A stretch of DNA of 64,000 nt from Squalus acanthias (taxonomy: Eukaryota), in NCBI GenBank assembly GCA_030390025.1, contig JASTWF010000230.1, positions 124,001 through 188,000 of the forward strand. The letters run 5' to 3'. Under the pieces are notes generated by a model. It was not told the DNA's origin. It made no database searches and was given only the letters and a program-made list of their open reading frames with translations. The position numbers and the translations under genes were made by a program. Shown here piece by piece: positions 50,937 through 63,487 of the stretch. The number at the start of each line of letters is the position of its first letter. Within the stretch, counting starts at the first letter, position 1.

Positions 50937-52475
50937 CGAACATACGAATTAGGACCAGGAGTCGGCCACTCGGCCCTTCGAGCCTGCTCCGCCATTCAAT
51001 AAGATCATGGCTGATCCGATTACTCCACATTCCCGCCTACCCCCGATAACTTTTCACCCTCTTGCTTACGAAGAATCTATCTAACTCTGCCTTAAAAATA
51101 TTCAAAGACTCTGCTTCCACCGCCCTCTGAGGAAGAGAGTTCCAAAGACTCACGACCCTCTGTGAGAAAAAAATTCTCCTCATCTCTGTCTTAAATGGGC
51201 GACCCCTTATTTTTAAACAGTGACCCCTAGTTCCAGATTCTCCCACAAGAGGAAACATCCTCTCCACACCCACCCTCTCCAGACCCCTTAGGTTTTTATA
51301 TGTTTCAATCAATTCACCTCTTTCTCTTCTAAACTCAAGCGGATACAAGCCTAGCCTGTCCAACCTTTCCTCATAAGACAACCCGCCCATTCCAGGTATT
51401 AGTCTAGGAAACCTTCTCTGAACTGCTTCCAATGCATTTACATCCTTCCTTAAATAAGCAGACCAATACTGTACACAGTACTCCAAATGTGGTCTCACCA
51501 GTGCCCTGTATAACTGAAGCATAACCTCCCTACTTTTGTATTCAATTCCCCTCGCAATAAACGATAACATTTTATTAGATTTCCTAATTACTTGCTGTAC
51601 CTGCATAGTAACCTTTTACGATTCATGCACTAGGACACCCAGATCCCTCTGCATTTCAGAGCTCTGCAATCTCTCACAATTTAGATAATATGCTTCTTTT
51701 TTATTCTTCCTGCCAAAATGGACAACTTCACATTTTCCCATATTATACTCCATTTGCCAGTTCATTGCCCACTCACTTAACCTATCTATAACCCTTTGTA
51801 GCCTCCTTATGTCCTCTTCACAATTTACTTTCCTACCAATCTTTTTGTCATCAGCAAATTTAGCAACCCAACCTTCGGTCCCTTCATCCAAGTCATTTAT
51901 ATAAATTGTAAAAAGTTGAGACCCCAGCACTGATTCCTGTGGCACACCACTTGTAACATTTTGCCAATCAGAAAATGACCCATTTATGCCTACTCTCTGT
52001 ATCCTCTTAGCTAGCCAATCTTCTATCCATGCCAATATGTTACCCCCTACACCATGAACTTTTATTTTCCGCAATAACCTTTGATGTGGCACCTTATCAA
52101 ATGGCTTCTGGAAATCGAAGAACAGTACATCCACCGATTCCCATTTCTGCACAGCATATGTTACTCCCTCAAAGAACTCCAATAAATTGGTAAAACATGA
52201 TTTCCCTTGCACAAAACCATGTTGAGTCTGCCTGATTACTTTGAACTTTTCTAAGTGCCCTGCTATAACGGCTTTAATAATAGCTTCTAACATCTTCCCT
52301 ATGACAGATGTTAAGCTAACTGGACTGTAGTTTCCTGCTTTCTGTCTCCCTCCCTTTTTGAATAAAGGAGTTACGTTCGCTATTTTCCAATCTAATGGAA
52401 CCTTCCCCGAATCTAGGGAATTTTGGAAAATTATAACTAACGCATCAACTATCTCACAAGCCTCTTCTTTTAAGA
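50937..52475 (-). mobile_element. CR1 LINE, 5'-truncated
   Basis: 225-aa and 189-aa RT/C-terminal ORFs separated by a stop; CR1 3' UTR. Confidence 0.92.
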
Positions 52476-52654
52476 TTTCTCAAGTGGGACCCAATCTTAA
52501 CATCACTACATAAGAAACAGGAGCAGGTGTAGGCCGTTCGGCAGCGAAAAACACGATGGTTAAGGACGATTAGCCTTTCAGAAACCCCTGCTGGCTTTCT
52601 TTAATTAATCTGCACCTATCCAAGTGACTGTAAATTTTGACCCTGATTGCTGTT

Positions 52655-52915
52655 TTTAAAAGCTTCCATATACCGAGGTTAACCTGACTGGCCTGTAGTT
52701 GCTGAGTTTATCTTTTAACCCTTTTTTGAACAATACTTTAACATTTCCAATTCTCCAGACCTCTGGCACCATCCCCGTATCTATGGAGGATTGGAATATT
52801 ATGGCCAGTACCTCCGCAATTTCCACATTTATTTCCCTCAGTTTCCTAGGATGCATCCCATCCGCTCCTGGTGATTTATCTACTTTAAGCACAGCCAGCC
52901 TAACTAATTCCTCTT
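52655..52915 (-). mobile_element. CR1 ORF2 fragment
   Basis: DKSPGADGMHPR...NYRPV. Confidence 0.8.
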
Positions 52916-53164
52916 CTTCTGTCTCTCTGGCTCTGTTTAATCTGTGTGTTGCCATCTGCAGGTTGATTTTGATTTTGAACGAATGTGTTTGTGTCTTAAT
53001 TAAAAACAGGAAATGCTGGAAATACTCAGCAGGTCAGACAGCATCTATGGGAGAGATACACAATTAACGTTTCAGGTGGCTGACCTGTTGTCAGAACTGA
53101 AAAAAGTTAGAGATGTAACAGGTTTTAAGCAAGTACAGAGGCAAGGGAACAGGGGAGAGGAGGA

Positions 53165-54132
53165 TGCAGTGGTGTTCCCCAGCGGTCTGTATTCGGACCA
53201 CTGCTCTTTTTCATATATATTAATGACCTGGACTTGGGTATACTGGGCTGAATTTCCAAGTTTGCAGATGACAGGAGACTCAGAAATGTAGTAAACAACG
53301 ATCCTGAAAGTAACAGACTTCATGAGGACATCTACAGAGTGGTGGAATGGGCAGAGACATAGCAGATGGAATTTAACACAGAGATGTGTGAAGTGATCCA
53401 TTTTGGTCGGAAGATTGAGGAGATGCAACACAAACTAAATGGTACAATTTTAAATCGGGTGCAGGAACAAAGAGACCTGGGGGTGTATTTATTTATCTTT
53501 GAAGGTGGCGGGACAGCTTGAAAAGGCTGTTAAAAAGCGTACGGGATCCTTGGCTTTATTAATAGTGTCATAGATTTAAAAAGCAAGGAAGTAATGCTCA
53601 GCCTTTATACATCATTGTTTCGGCCTCAGGTGGAGGTTTCTGGGCACAACATTTTAGGAAGGATGTGAAGGCAGAAACGATTCACAAGCTTGTTTCGGGG
53701 GATGAGGGACTTCAGTTACGTGGATAGACTGGAGAAGCTGTCGTTGTTCTCCTTTGAGCAGAGAAGATCGCGATGAGATCTGATAGAGGTGTGCAAAATC
53801 ACGAGGGGTCTAGACAGGGTAGATAGAGAGAAACTTTTCCCATTGGTGGAAGGGTCGAAATCCAAAGGAACAAGATTTAAGGTGATTGGCAGAAGAACCA
53901 AAGGCGACATGAGGGAAAAAAACGTTACGTAGCGAGTGATAAGGATCTGGAATGCACTGCCTGAAAGCATAGGTAGAGACCGATTCAATCGTGGCTCTCA
54001 GAAGGGAATTGGATAAGTACCCGAAGGGAAAATATGTTGCGTGCTACGGAGAAAGTGCGGGGAGTGGGACTAGCTGGAGTGTTTTGCATTGAGCAGGCAT
54101 GGGCTCGATGGGCCCGATGGCCTCCTTCTGTG
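53165..54132 (+). mobile_element. Degenerate CR1 3' fragment
   Basis: SGVP-like and KFADD remnants, CR1 tail. Confidence 0.8.
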
Positions 54133-54354
54133 GTTTTGATGTTTACTGCTGATTCTATTTTCTGTGCACTGTAGAAATAACCGGTCCTGTTCAATTTGAC
54201 AAAATGAGATATGGGTAACATGCAAAGCACAAATTAAATTATTGTATATCGACTCTCCCTCAGTTAGCATTTCTTTCATTGGGCAAAAGAAGGTTATCGG
54301 TTAATTAATGACGCTTTTCCGTGGAAACAGCATACATGTTTAACAAACAGCATT

Positions 54355-54427
54355 CGCCCAACGTGGGGCTCGAACCCACGACCTTGCGATTAAGAGTCTC
54401 ATATTCTACCGACTGAGCTAACCGGGC
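54355..54427 (-). tRNA. tRNA-Lys(CTT), full length but with stem mismatches (possibly pseudogene)
   Basis: 73 nt, GCCCGGTTAGCTCAGTCGGTAGAATATGAGACTCTTAATCGCAAGGTCGTGGGTTCGAGCCCCACGTTGGGCG; A and B boxes intact; D-stem and anticodon-stem mismatches. Confidence 0.8.
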
Positions 54428-54881
54428 CTGATAAGCGCGCGCGTCCTTGTCTCTGATTGCAGCCAGGCGCCTGCTGGCTCCGCCCCAGTGTTTTAACTTG
54501 TTCTGCAAACCACGAACCAGGTTCTCCTGAATTCCAAGGTGTGTAAGGAAATCAAGCATCAAAAGTCCTTTCATTAACCACAGGGTTTCAGGCATTTTCT
54601 GATCGCAAAGCGCTTTTATTCCTTGTCAATATCTCTTGTCTATTTCCCGGTGTTTCCCGATTTTGTCTGTCTCGCTGGCTCTGTTTATTCTGTGTGTGGC
54701 CACCTGCAGGTTGATTTTGAACGAATACCTGTGCTTGTGTCTTGTCACATTAAATAAATGAGGCATTCTGGCGATTCTTTCTCTTACACTGGGGAAACAG
54801 TGAGATAGTCTTTGGAGCAAGGTTCTGATTATTGTGAAACAGCAAAGGAAATATGAATTCCGGGATTATCTAATAGAACAA

Positions 54882-54931
54882 TGACCCGCCGTGATCTGGA
54901 GTCAGACGCGCTACCGTTGCGCCACGAGGTC
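54882..54931 (-). pseudogene. tRNA-Trp(CCA) with most of the variable loop and T arm deleted
   Basis: Canonical first 40 nt GACCTCGTGGCGCAACGGTAGCGCGTCTGACTCCAGATCA joined directly to CGGCGGGTCA. Confidence 0.88.
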
Positions 54932-55649
54932 CAAAATGCGAGCGGCGATGTTTGTATATATGCACGTTCCTCAAGCACTGTTTGATTTCTCCTGACTTGG
55001 AGTAATTAAAGGGCTTTAAAATCCCCGCCCACTCCCACCGGGTGTCAGACAGCATCCGAAGCAGCGCTCACCTGTCAGTCACCGTCTCACGCCCGCTTTC
55101 ACCACCTGCGTTAAGTTCTGGTCACCACACTTTAGGAAGGATGTGCAGGCCCCTGAGAGGGTGCAGTGGAGATTTACCAGATTGTTTCCGGGGATGGGGG
55201 ATCTTAGCTACAAGGACAGGTTGGAGAAGCTGCATTTGTTTTCATTACAACAACAACATGTAATTATATAGCGCCTTTAACGTAGTAAAACGTCCGAAGG
55301 CGCTGCATAGGAGTATTTTAAGAAAAAGGAGGTTGACGGGTGATTTAATAGAGGTGGACAAGATTATGATGAGTTTGGATAGGCTAGACGGGGAAAGGCT
55401 GTTGCCACTAGTTGATGGTACAAGGACTAGGGGACACAGATTTAAGGTTTTGGGGAAGAGATACAGGGGGAATGTGAGGAAAACTTTTTTACGCAGCGAG
55501 TGGTGAGGACCTGGAACTCGCTGCCGACGGAAGTGGTGGAAACGGAGACGCTCAATGTTTTCAACTGGAGACTCGATGGGCACTTGAGGGAAATAAACTT
55601 GCTGGGCTATGGTGACAGAGCGGGGGGAATGGGACTGGCTGGATTGCTC

Positions 55650-56907
55650 AAGATAAAAAATCGCTGGATTGGGGGTAATATTCTGGCATGGGTGGAGGAT
55701 TGGTTATCTAACAGGAAGCAGAGAGTTGGGATAAATGGTTCATTCTCGGACTGGCAACCAGTAGCCAGTGGTGTTCCGCAGGGGTCGGTTCTGGGTCCCC
55801 AACTCTTTACAATCTATATTAACGATTTGGAAGAGGGGACTGAGTGTAACATATCAAAGTTTGCAGATGATACAAAGATGGGAGGGAAAGTAGAATGTGA
55901 GGAGGACATAAAAAACCTACAAGGGGATATAGACAGGCTGGGTGAGTGGGTGGAGATTTGGCAGATACAATACAATATTGGAAAATGTGAGGTTATGCAC
56001 TTTGGCAGGAAAAATCAGAGAGCAAGTTATTAACTTAATGGCGAGAAACTGGAAAGTACTGCAGTACAAAGGGATCTGGGGGTCCTAGTGCAAGAAAATC
56101 AAAAAGTTAGTATGCAGGTGCAGCAGGTGATCAAGAAGGCCAACGGAATGTTGGCTTTTATTGCTAGGGGGATAGATTATAAAAACAGGGAGGTATTGCT
56201 GCAGTTATATAACGTATTGGTGAGACCGCACCTGGAATACTGCATACAGTTTTGGAGTCCATACTTAAGAAAATACATACTTGCTCTCGAGGCAGTACAA
56301 AGAAGGTTCACTCGGTTAATTCCGGGGATGAGGGGGTGGACATATGAGGAGAGGTTGAGTAGATTGGGACTCTACTCATTGGAGTTCAGAAGAATGAGAG
56401 GAGATCTTATTGAAACATATAAGATTGTGAAGGGGCTTGATCGGGTGGATGCGGTAAGGATGTTCCCAAGGATGGGTGAAACTAGAACTAGGGGGCATAA
56501 TCTTAGAATAAGGGGCTGCTCTTTCAAAACTGAGATGAGGAGAAACTTCTTCACTCAGAGGGTAGTAGGTCTGTGGAATTTGCTGCCCCAGGAAGCTGTG
56601 GAAGCTACATCATTAAAAAAATTTAAAACAGAAATGGACAGATTCATACAAGTAAAGGGAATTAGGGGATACGGAGAGCGGGCAGGAAATTGGACATGAG
56701 GCTGAGTTCAGATCGGTCAAGGCCCTGTGGGTGGCGGAGCGGGCCCAGGGGCTGAGTGGCCGGATCCTGCTCCTACTTCTTGTGTTCTTTAGATTTGAGG
56801 TTAGGATCAGATCAGCCACGATCTTATTGAATGGCGGGGCAGGCTCGAGGGGCCGATTGGCCTACTCCTGCTACTATTTCTTATGTTCTTATGTTCTTAT
56901 GTTCTTA
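55650..56907 (+). mobile_element. Young 5'-truncated CR1, same subfamily as 34534-39293, inserted in an older CR1 fragment (55100-55650)
   Basis: Protein nearly identical to the C-terminus of the 872-aa ORF; same 3' UTR layout and (TTCTTATG)n tail. Confidence 0.92.
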
Positions 56908-57407
56908 GAACGCCAGCACGGACTCGATGGGCCGAATGACCTCCTTCTGTGCCGTTATGAATCTATGACTATGAACTATAGAGCAGTGATAATCGGGGAC
57001 TTCAGCTATCCTAATATATCTGATAATCAGTCTAAATATAGAAAGCTCAGAGGAGAATTGAAAAGGAAAAGAGGGGCGAAAAGAGAGGGTATGAGAATAG
57101 AATGGCTGCTAACACAAAAGGTAATCCAAAAGTCTTCTATAGGTGTGTATTACCAAGTTTAACGACACTAAGTTAGTGGCACAGTAAGTAGTGTAACTGG
57201 GAGCAGAAAATTGCAAAGGCACATAGAACCCGTGGTCAAACTAGAGGCATCTGATTCAGAAGATTCGGGAGAAGGAAATTCGGGAGTTTAATGAGTTTGA
57301 TAGGAACATTTTTGTCTTGCGCACTTTCGGTCAGAGAAATGTTAGTGATAGGAAATTAATCCAGAATCTGGGATGCAGCATGTCACCTTCTCGCTGAACA
57401 GATCTTT

Positions 57408-57829
57408 CACGGTGGCATAGTGGTTAGCACTGGTGCCTCACAGCGCCAGAGACCCGGGTTCGAATCTGACCTCGGGTGACTGTCTGTGTGGAGTTTGCAC
57501 ATTCTCCCCGTGTCTGCGTGGGTTTCCTCCGGGTGCTCCGGTTTCCTCCCACAGTCCAAAAATGTGTGGGTTAGGTTGATTTGGCTATGATAAATTGACC
57601 CTTAGTGTTAGGGGGGATTAAATATGTGGGGTTATGGGGATAGGATGGGATATGTTAGGGGGAATTAAATACGTGGGGTTACGGGGGTAGGGTGGGATAT
57701 GTGTACTGTGGGGATTAAAGCAGGGACAGGGTACTGGATTTGGATGATCAGCCATGATCGTATTGAATGGCGGAGCAGGCTCGACGGGCCGAATGGCCTA
57801 CTCCTGCTCCTAGATTCTATGTTTCTATG
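57408..57829 (+). mobile_element. HE1-type SINE
   Basis: Near-identical to 18104-18540. Confidence 0.9.
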
Positions 57830-57848
57830 GATGCTATGTGCATCAGAG

Positions 57849-57921
57849 GTTTACATAGTGTAGCGGTTATTACGTTTACCTTACACACAAAAAGTCCACG
57901 GTTCAATGCTGGGCGGAAACA
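57849..57921 (+). pseudogene. tRNA-Val(TAC) pseudogene
   Basis: GTTTACATAGTGTAGCGGTTAT...CTTACAC...GGGCGGAAACA. Confidence 0.75.
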
Positions 57922-57922
57922 T

Positions 57923-58504
57923 TGGGCCCAATTTTCCGATCGGAGAGTTCCTGCGTGTGGAGAACGCCAATCGGGAAATCAAATCTACAGATTTACCTCA
58001 GAGCTCCGGAGGTCCGGACATTTCCGCTCCTGGGCCTCTGCCAACTCGAAATGTGCAGGGCCCTTGTATCCCAGAGGTTCATGCGGTTTGCAAGCGACCC
58101 TGGGATCTTGGGGAACTCATCAAAGAAGAGAATCTCCCTTCATGCACGTGACAGATAGACCTGACAAATATAGGTATGGAGATCAGCCCAAAAACACTGT
58201 AAAAAGTTAAATATTTTTTTTAAATCACGTTAAATAATTTTTTTAAACTACATTTTTTAAATTATTTGAAATTACAATAAATTAAATATTTTTACAAAAA
58301 TTTAATTTTTTGAACAAAATAATTAAAGTTTTTTACGCGGCTAAAAATAAACTTAATTTTTTTTAAAGTATTGTTAAGTGATCAGATCGTAAATGCCGGT
58401 TTTCAGCGCATGCGCTTCGCATGCCTGACCCCGACATTTTTTGATGTCCCTGCGGGTGTGTACACAGCGCATACTCACCCGAAGGGATTGGAATATTCGG
58501 CCCA
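57923..58504. mobile_element. MITE, same family as 39381-40103
   Basis: TGGGCCCAATTTTCCGAT ... ATTGGAATATTCGGCCCA; the paralogous site after 60344 is empty. Confidence 0.82.
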
Positions 58505-58629
58505 ATTTTCGAGAGCATATTTTTTGTGAAAGAAATGAATACACAAAGTGTAAATTGAGATGGGGATAAAACTTCATCAATGAATAAAGTTGCGCACATT
58601 GTTAAAGTTAAGTTATTGAAGTTTCTTTA

Positions 58630-59815
58630 ACCAAGGGTCAGTGGCAGCTTGGATAAGGAATTGGCTGAACGATAGAAAACAGCGAGTTGTGGTAAATGGC
58701 TGTTTTTCACACTGGATGATGGTAGACAGTGTTGTTCCCCAAGGGTCAGTGCTGGGGCCATTGCTTTTGTGATATTTATAAATGACCTGGATATTGGAAT
58801 ACAGAGTTGAATTTCTAAATTTGCCGACGACACCAAACTTGGGGGTGTAACAAACAGTGAGGATGATACCAATCAACTGCAGCAGGACAGAGAAAGGCTA
58901 GCAGAATGGGCAGGCAAGTGGCAGATGGATTTTAATACAGAGAAGTGTGAGGTGATGCATTTTGGCAGAAGGAACTGTGAGACGCAATATACACATAATG
59001 GCACAGTTTTAAAGAGTGTGCAGGGAAAGAGGAACCGGGGATTTAATGTGCATAGGTCCTTGAAGGTGGCAGGACATATGGAGGGAGTGGTTAACAAAAC
59101 ATATCGGATCTTGGGCTTAATAAATAGAGGTATGGAGTACAAAAGTAGAGAAGTGATGCTGAAGCTTTGTAAAGTTATGGTTAGGCCGCAACTGGAGTAC
59201 TGCGTCCAGATCTGGTCACCACATTTTAGGAAGGATGTGAAGGCCCTTGAGAGGGTGCAGTGGAGATTTACCAGAATGGTCGCGGTGATGGGGGATCTTA
59301 GCTACAAGGACAGGCTGGAGAAGCTGCAATTGTTTTCATTACAACCACAACAACTTGCATTTATATAGCGCCTTTGACATAATAAAACGTCCCAAGGTGC
59401 GGCACAGGAGTATTTTAAGACAAAGGAGGTTGAGGGGTGATCTGATACAGGTATACAACATTATAATGAGTTTGGATAGGCTAAACGGGGAAAGGATGTT
59501 CCCACTAGTTGATGTTAAAAGGACTAGGGTCACATATTTCTGTTATTGGGCAAGAGATACAGGAGGGTCGTTAGGAAAAAAAAAATTACGCAGCGAGTGG
59601 TGAGGACCTGGAATTCGCTGCTGACGGAAGTGGTGGAAACGGAGACACTCAATGTTTTCAAGTGTAGACTGGATAGGCACTTGAGGGAAATAAACATGCA
59701 GGGCTGCGGGGATAGAGCGGGGGAATGGGACTGACTGGATTGCTCTACAGAGAGCCGGCACGGACTCGATGGGCCGAATGGCCTCCTTCTATGCCGTTTT
59801 GACTCTATGACTATG
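58630..59815 (+). mobile_element. CR1 LINE, 5'-truncated, with a short L2-type tail insert at ~59340-59415
   Basis: [26 protein letters not shown]; tail (GACTCTAT)n. Confidence 0.88.
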
Positions 59816-60270
59816 AACTATAGAGCAGTGATAATGGGAGACTTCAACTGTCCTAATATATCTGAGAATCAGGCTAAATATAGAAAGTTAATTTGAGATG
59901 TGAAAAGGAAAATAAGAGGTAAAAGAGAGGGTATGAGAATAGAATGACTGCTGACATAAAAGGTAATCCAAAAGTCTTCTATAGGCGTATATTCCCAAGT
60001 TTAACGACACTAATTAGTTACACAGTAAGTCGTGTGGATGAGAGCAGAAATTGCAAAGGGACATAGATGGAGTGGACAAAATCAAAGACTTCTGATTCAG
60101 AAGATTCGGGAGAAGGAATTTCGGGACTTTAATGAGTTTGAAAGGAACATTTTTGACTTATGCAGTTTCTATCAGAGAAATGTTAGTGATGGGAAATTAA
60201 TCCTGAATCTGGGATTCAGCATTTCACCTTCTCGCTGAACAGATCTTTCCGGAGGCAGTGTGAACCAATG

Positions 60271-60344
60271 GTTTCCGTAGTGTAGCGGTTATCACGTTCG
60301 CCTTGCACTCGAAAAAGCATCCGGCTTGATCCCGGGCGGAAACA
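60271..60344 (+). pseudogene. tRNA-Val body with TGC anticodon, mutated B box
   Basis: GTTTCCGTAGTGTAGCGGTTATCACGTTCGCCTTGCACTCGAA...CCCGGGCGGAAACA. Confidence 0.8.
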
Positions 60345-60990
60345 TTATGTTCGAGAGTATTATTTCTGTGAAATAAATTAATACACAGTGTGTAAAATCA
60401 GATCGGTGATAAAACTTCATCAATGAATAAAGTTTCGCAAATTATTAAATTTAAGTTATTGAAGTTTCGACTCTCCCTCAGTGTGAGCATCTCTTTCATT
60501 CTGCAAAAACAACTCTATCGGTTAATGAATGGTGATTAAAACAATTAAACCACTAAACTACCAGAAAACACTTTTCGAGTTTATCACAATTGCTGACATT
60601 TCTTATCAATGTTCTTGTGTTTTTTCAGCTCTTAGTCCTTTTCAGCTCCTGACTGCGGATATTCCTCTGATTAAACCTAAACAAAATGCAACATCTCGCA
60701 GCCCCGGCCTCGGTTAATATCATCAGATCTAAGCCGCATTTCAGACGCGGAAACAAACCCGTTAATTACTCGCTCTTCCCCAGCTCCAGAGCTCAGAGGG
60801 TTATTGTCTATCCTGGGCTGCAAGATACCACGGACCCGGGCCAAACCTCCCCATACACCGAGCACAGGCTCAGAAACACCCCGGGGGAGATGATGTCCCG
60901 TTCACTGAGCCTTCGAGCAGCATTGAACAAGCGTCCGGACTGAAACTTTCTAAATGTGGAAGTGATAACTTGCAATTTAGTTTAGGCGCT

Positions 60991-61074
60991 GTCAGAATGG
61001 CCGAGTGGTCGAAGGCGCTGCGTTCACGTCGCAGTTTCATTTGATAGGCGTGGGTTCGAATCACCCTTCTGACA
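60991..61074 (+). tRNA. tRNA-Leu(CAG)-type body with CAC anticodon (probably pseudogene)
   Basis: GTCAGAATGGCCGAGTGGTCGAAGGCGCTGCGTTCACGTCGCAG...GGTTCGAATCACCCTTCTGACA; long variable arm; two T-stem mismatches. Confidence 0.8.
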
Positions 61075-61215
61075 TTCCCTATATTTAATTACTAAGTGCA
61101 ACTCATTTCTTTTCACGCCACTGTGAAGCGCTTTGGGACATCCCTGAAAAGTGGGATTTAGCGTTTCACCTGCTCGCTGAACATTTCCATCTGACCTGGT
61201 ACTGAAAGTGGAGAC

Positions 61216-61253
61216 GTTTCCGCAGTGCAGGAGGTATCACGTTCACGGAAACA
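61216..61253 (+). pseudogene. Internally deleted tRNA-Val remnant
   Basis: GTTTCCGCAGTG...TATCACGTTC joined to CGGAAACA. Confidence 0.6.
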
Positions 61254-62644
61254 TTTTGTTGGAACTTGCTCCTCATGCATGTCCAGGGGCGAGTTTGCTC
61301 TGCTGTGAAAGGACATAAGAACGAAAGAATTAGGAGCAGGAGTCGGCCTTATGGCCCCCCGAGCCTGCACCGCCATTCAATCAGATAATGGCTGATCTTC
61401 GACCTCAACTCCACTTTCCTGCCTATCCCCATATCCCTTGATTCCACTGCAGTCCAAAAATCTATCGATCTCAGCCTCGAATATACTCAACGAATGAGCA
61501 TCAACAGCACTTTGGGGCAGAGATTACCAAGGAAAGAGGCTGCAATCTTTTCAATCGAACAATGGTGGATGTCACAAGCACCGAACATTTTTAAGCAAAC
61601 TCCTAAAATATAGTGTGTAAAATGAGAAGGGATAACATTTCATGACATGCAAAGCATGGACATCACTGTGTGAAATGGGACTTGGATAACATTGATGTAA
61701 ATATATTTCTGCCTGACATGGTGGTGGAAGCAGATTCAATATTAACTTTCAAAAGGGAAATACATTGAAAAAGAAACTCTTGCAGGGCTTCGGGGAAAGA
61801 GCTGGGGAGTGGAAATAATTGGATCGCTCTTTCAAAGAGCCGGCACAGGCACGATGGGGCGAATGGCCTCCTTCTGTGCTGTATGATTCTGTGATTCTGT
61901 AATAAGTTATTGCAGTTTGGCTGTCACCCAGTAAACGTGTTAACAATTCATACAGTGTTCAACGCAATGTTGTTGGTTGATTAATGATGATTGAAACAAT
62001 TATAAGATGTCTCACATACTTGAATTATTCCTTAATACTTGTGGTTACAAAAAAATTATCAATCGCAGATTAAAATGAACAATTGATGTAGCAACTTTGA
62101 AAGCGCTTTCCAATTAGTTCCACTCCGCTGCTCTTCCCCCACAGCCCTACTGACCCTCCTGTCAGTGGAAACAGTTTCCCCCATAATTTTGAACAGTTCT
62201 ATTAAATCTCCCCGGAACTGTGATTAATGGAGTTTAACGTGGGCAAGTGTCAGATCATCCACTTTGGGCCGAAGAAAGATCGGTCAGTGTGTGGTCTGAA
62301 AACATTATGTCAGAGCATTTTTGTTCTGTGAAATAGCCGGTCCTTTTAAATTTAACAAAAAGTTGCCCCAGATCCTGCTCTTAAAAACAATGAACATTTT
62401 AAAACATTCTCCTACATTACAATGTGTAAAATGAGATATGGGTTAACAGTTCAGCACATGCAAAGAGCAAAATAAATGACTGAAGTCTCGACTGTCCCTC
62501 AGTCACCATATTAAAATATTTATCATTCTGCAAAAGAAGGTTATCAGTTAATTAATGGTGATTCAAACATTTCTTAATTTTTTCACATTAGTTGCATGTT
62601 ATTTATTCGCTTTAATTAATTAAAAACGGTGATGTCAAAGTTAC

Positions 62645-62670
62645 TTCCCTAACCGGGAATCGAATACGGG
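62645..62670 (-). pseudogene. tRNA-Glu 3' remnant (similar remnant at 33231-33260, +)
   Basis: TTCCCTAACCGGGAATCGAA. Confidence 0.5.
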
Positions 62671-62794
62671 TTACACTTACTGATAAGAATAGGTTATTGA
62701 ATCAGTTAAAGGTTTCCTCGAAAAATCTCACACTGCTGAATTAAAATCACGGCTACAATTTGTTTCATTGTAAAATAAGGGGATTGAAAAGGAC

Positions 62795-62889
62795 AAAAAA
62801 ACACGCCAGGCAGCGCCCGCGGTGAGATAGGGGTCGAAATTAGAATTAAGTTGGCGCTGCGAAGTAACCGCTGAGCTAAAGATGACGCC
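62795..62889 (-). ncRNA. VTRNA: Vault RNA gene or pseudogene
   Basis: Minus strand CTTTAGCTCAGCGGTTACTTCG and CCGCGGGCGCT match the conserved 5' and 3' vault RNA blocks; pairing ends GCGTCA/TGGCGT; T7 terminator; TATA-like TTTATATT about 25-30 bp upstream. Confidence 0.82.
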
Positions 62890-63432
62890 GATCAAAGGGC
62901 GAGAAACCGCTCAATATAAAGGATGAGCTCACAAACATCAGGCGCAGTGCAGTCTGGTCAACGTCAAACCCCTCCTTTCTTATTCAACAGAGGAAGAAGT
63001 GACATGAACAGGAATCAGATGCTACAAACTTTTTTAAAGGCCCAAATACTTACTTACAAATCTTTTCAGTGTAAAATTCTTTCACTTTATTTCAAAGCTG
63101 ACTGCGTTTAATCTGAATGTCAGCACAATGGGATTTCATGTTCACTGCTGATTCTATTTTCTGAGCACGGTGGAAATAACCGGTGCTGTTCAATTTGACA
63201 AATATTGCCCCAGATTCCTGGTGTCATCAGCAATGAACACTTTAAACCAGACTCCTAAAGTACCGTGTGTAAAAGGAGATCTGGGTAACAGTTAACGTCA
63301 AAGCACAAATAAAATGATTGAAGTATCGACTCTCCCTCAGTTAGCATTTCTTTCATTGTGCCAAAGAAAATTACCGGTGAATTCATGATGATTTGCCGTG
63401 AAAGCAACAAACAAAAAGTTTAACAATAACCT

Positions 63433-63487
63433 TCGCCTAACTTGGGGTCCGAACCCTCGAACCTGCTGCCGACTGAACTCGCATGGC
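63433..63487 (-). pseudogene. tRNA-Lys remnant
   Basis: CGCCTAACTTGGGGTCCGAACCC...CCGACTGA in the same flanking context as 54355. Confidence 0.6.
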
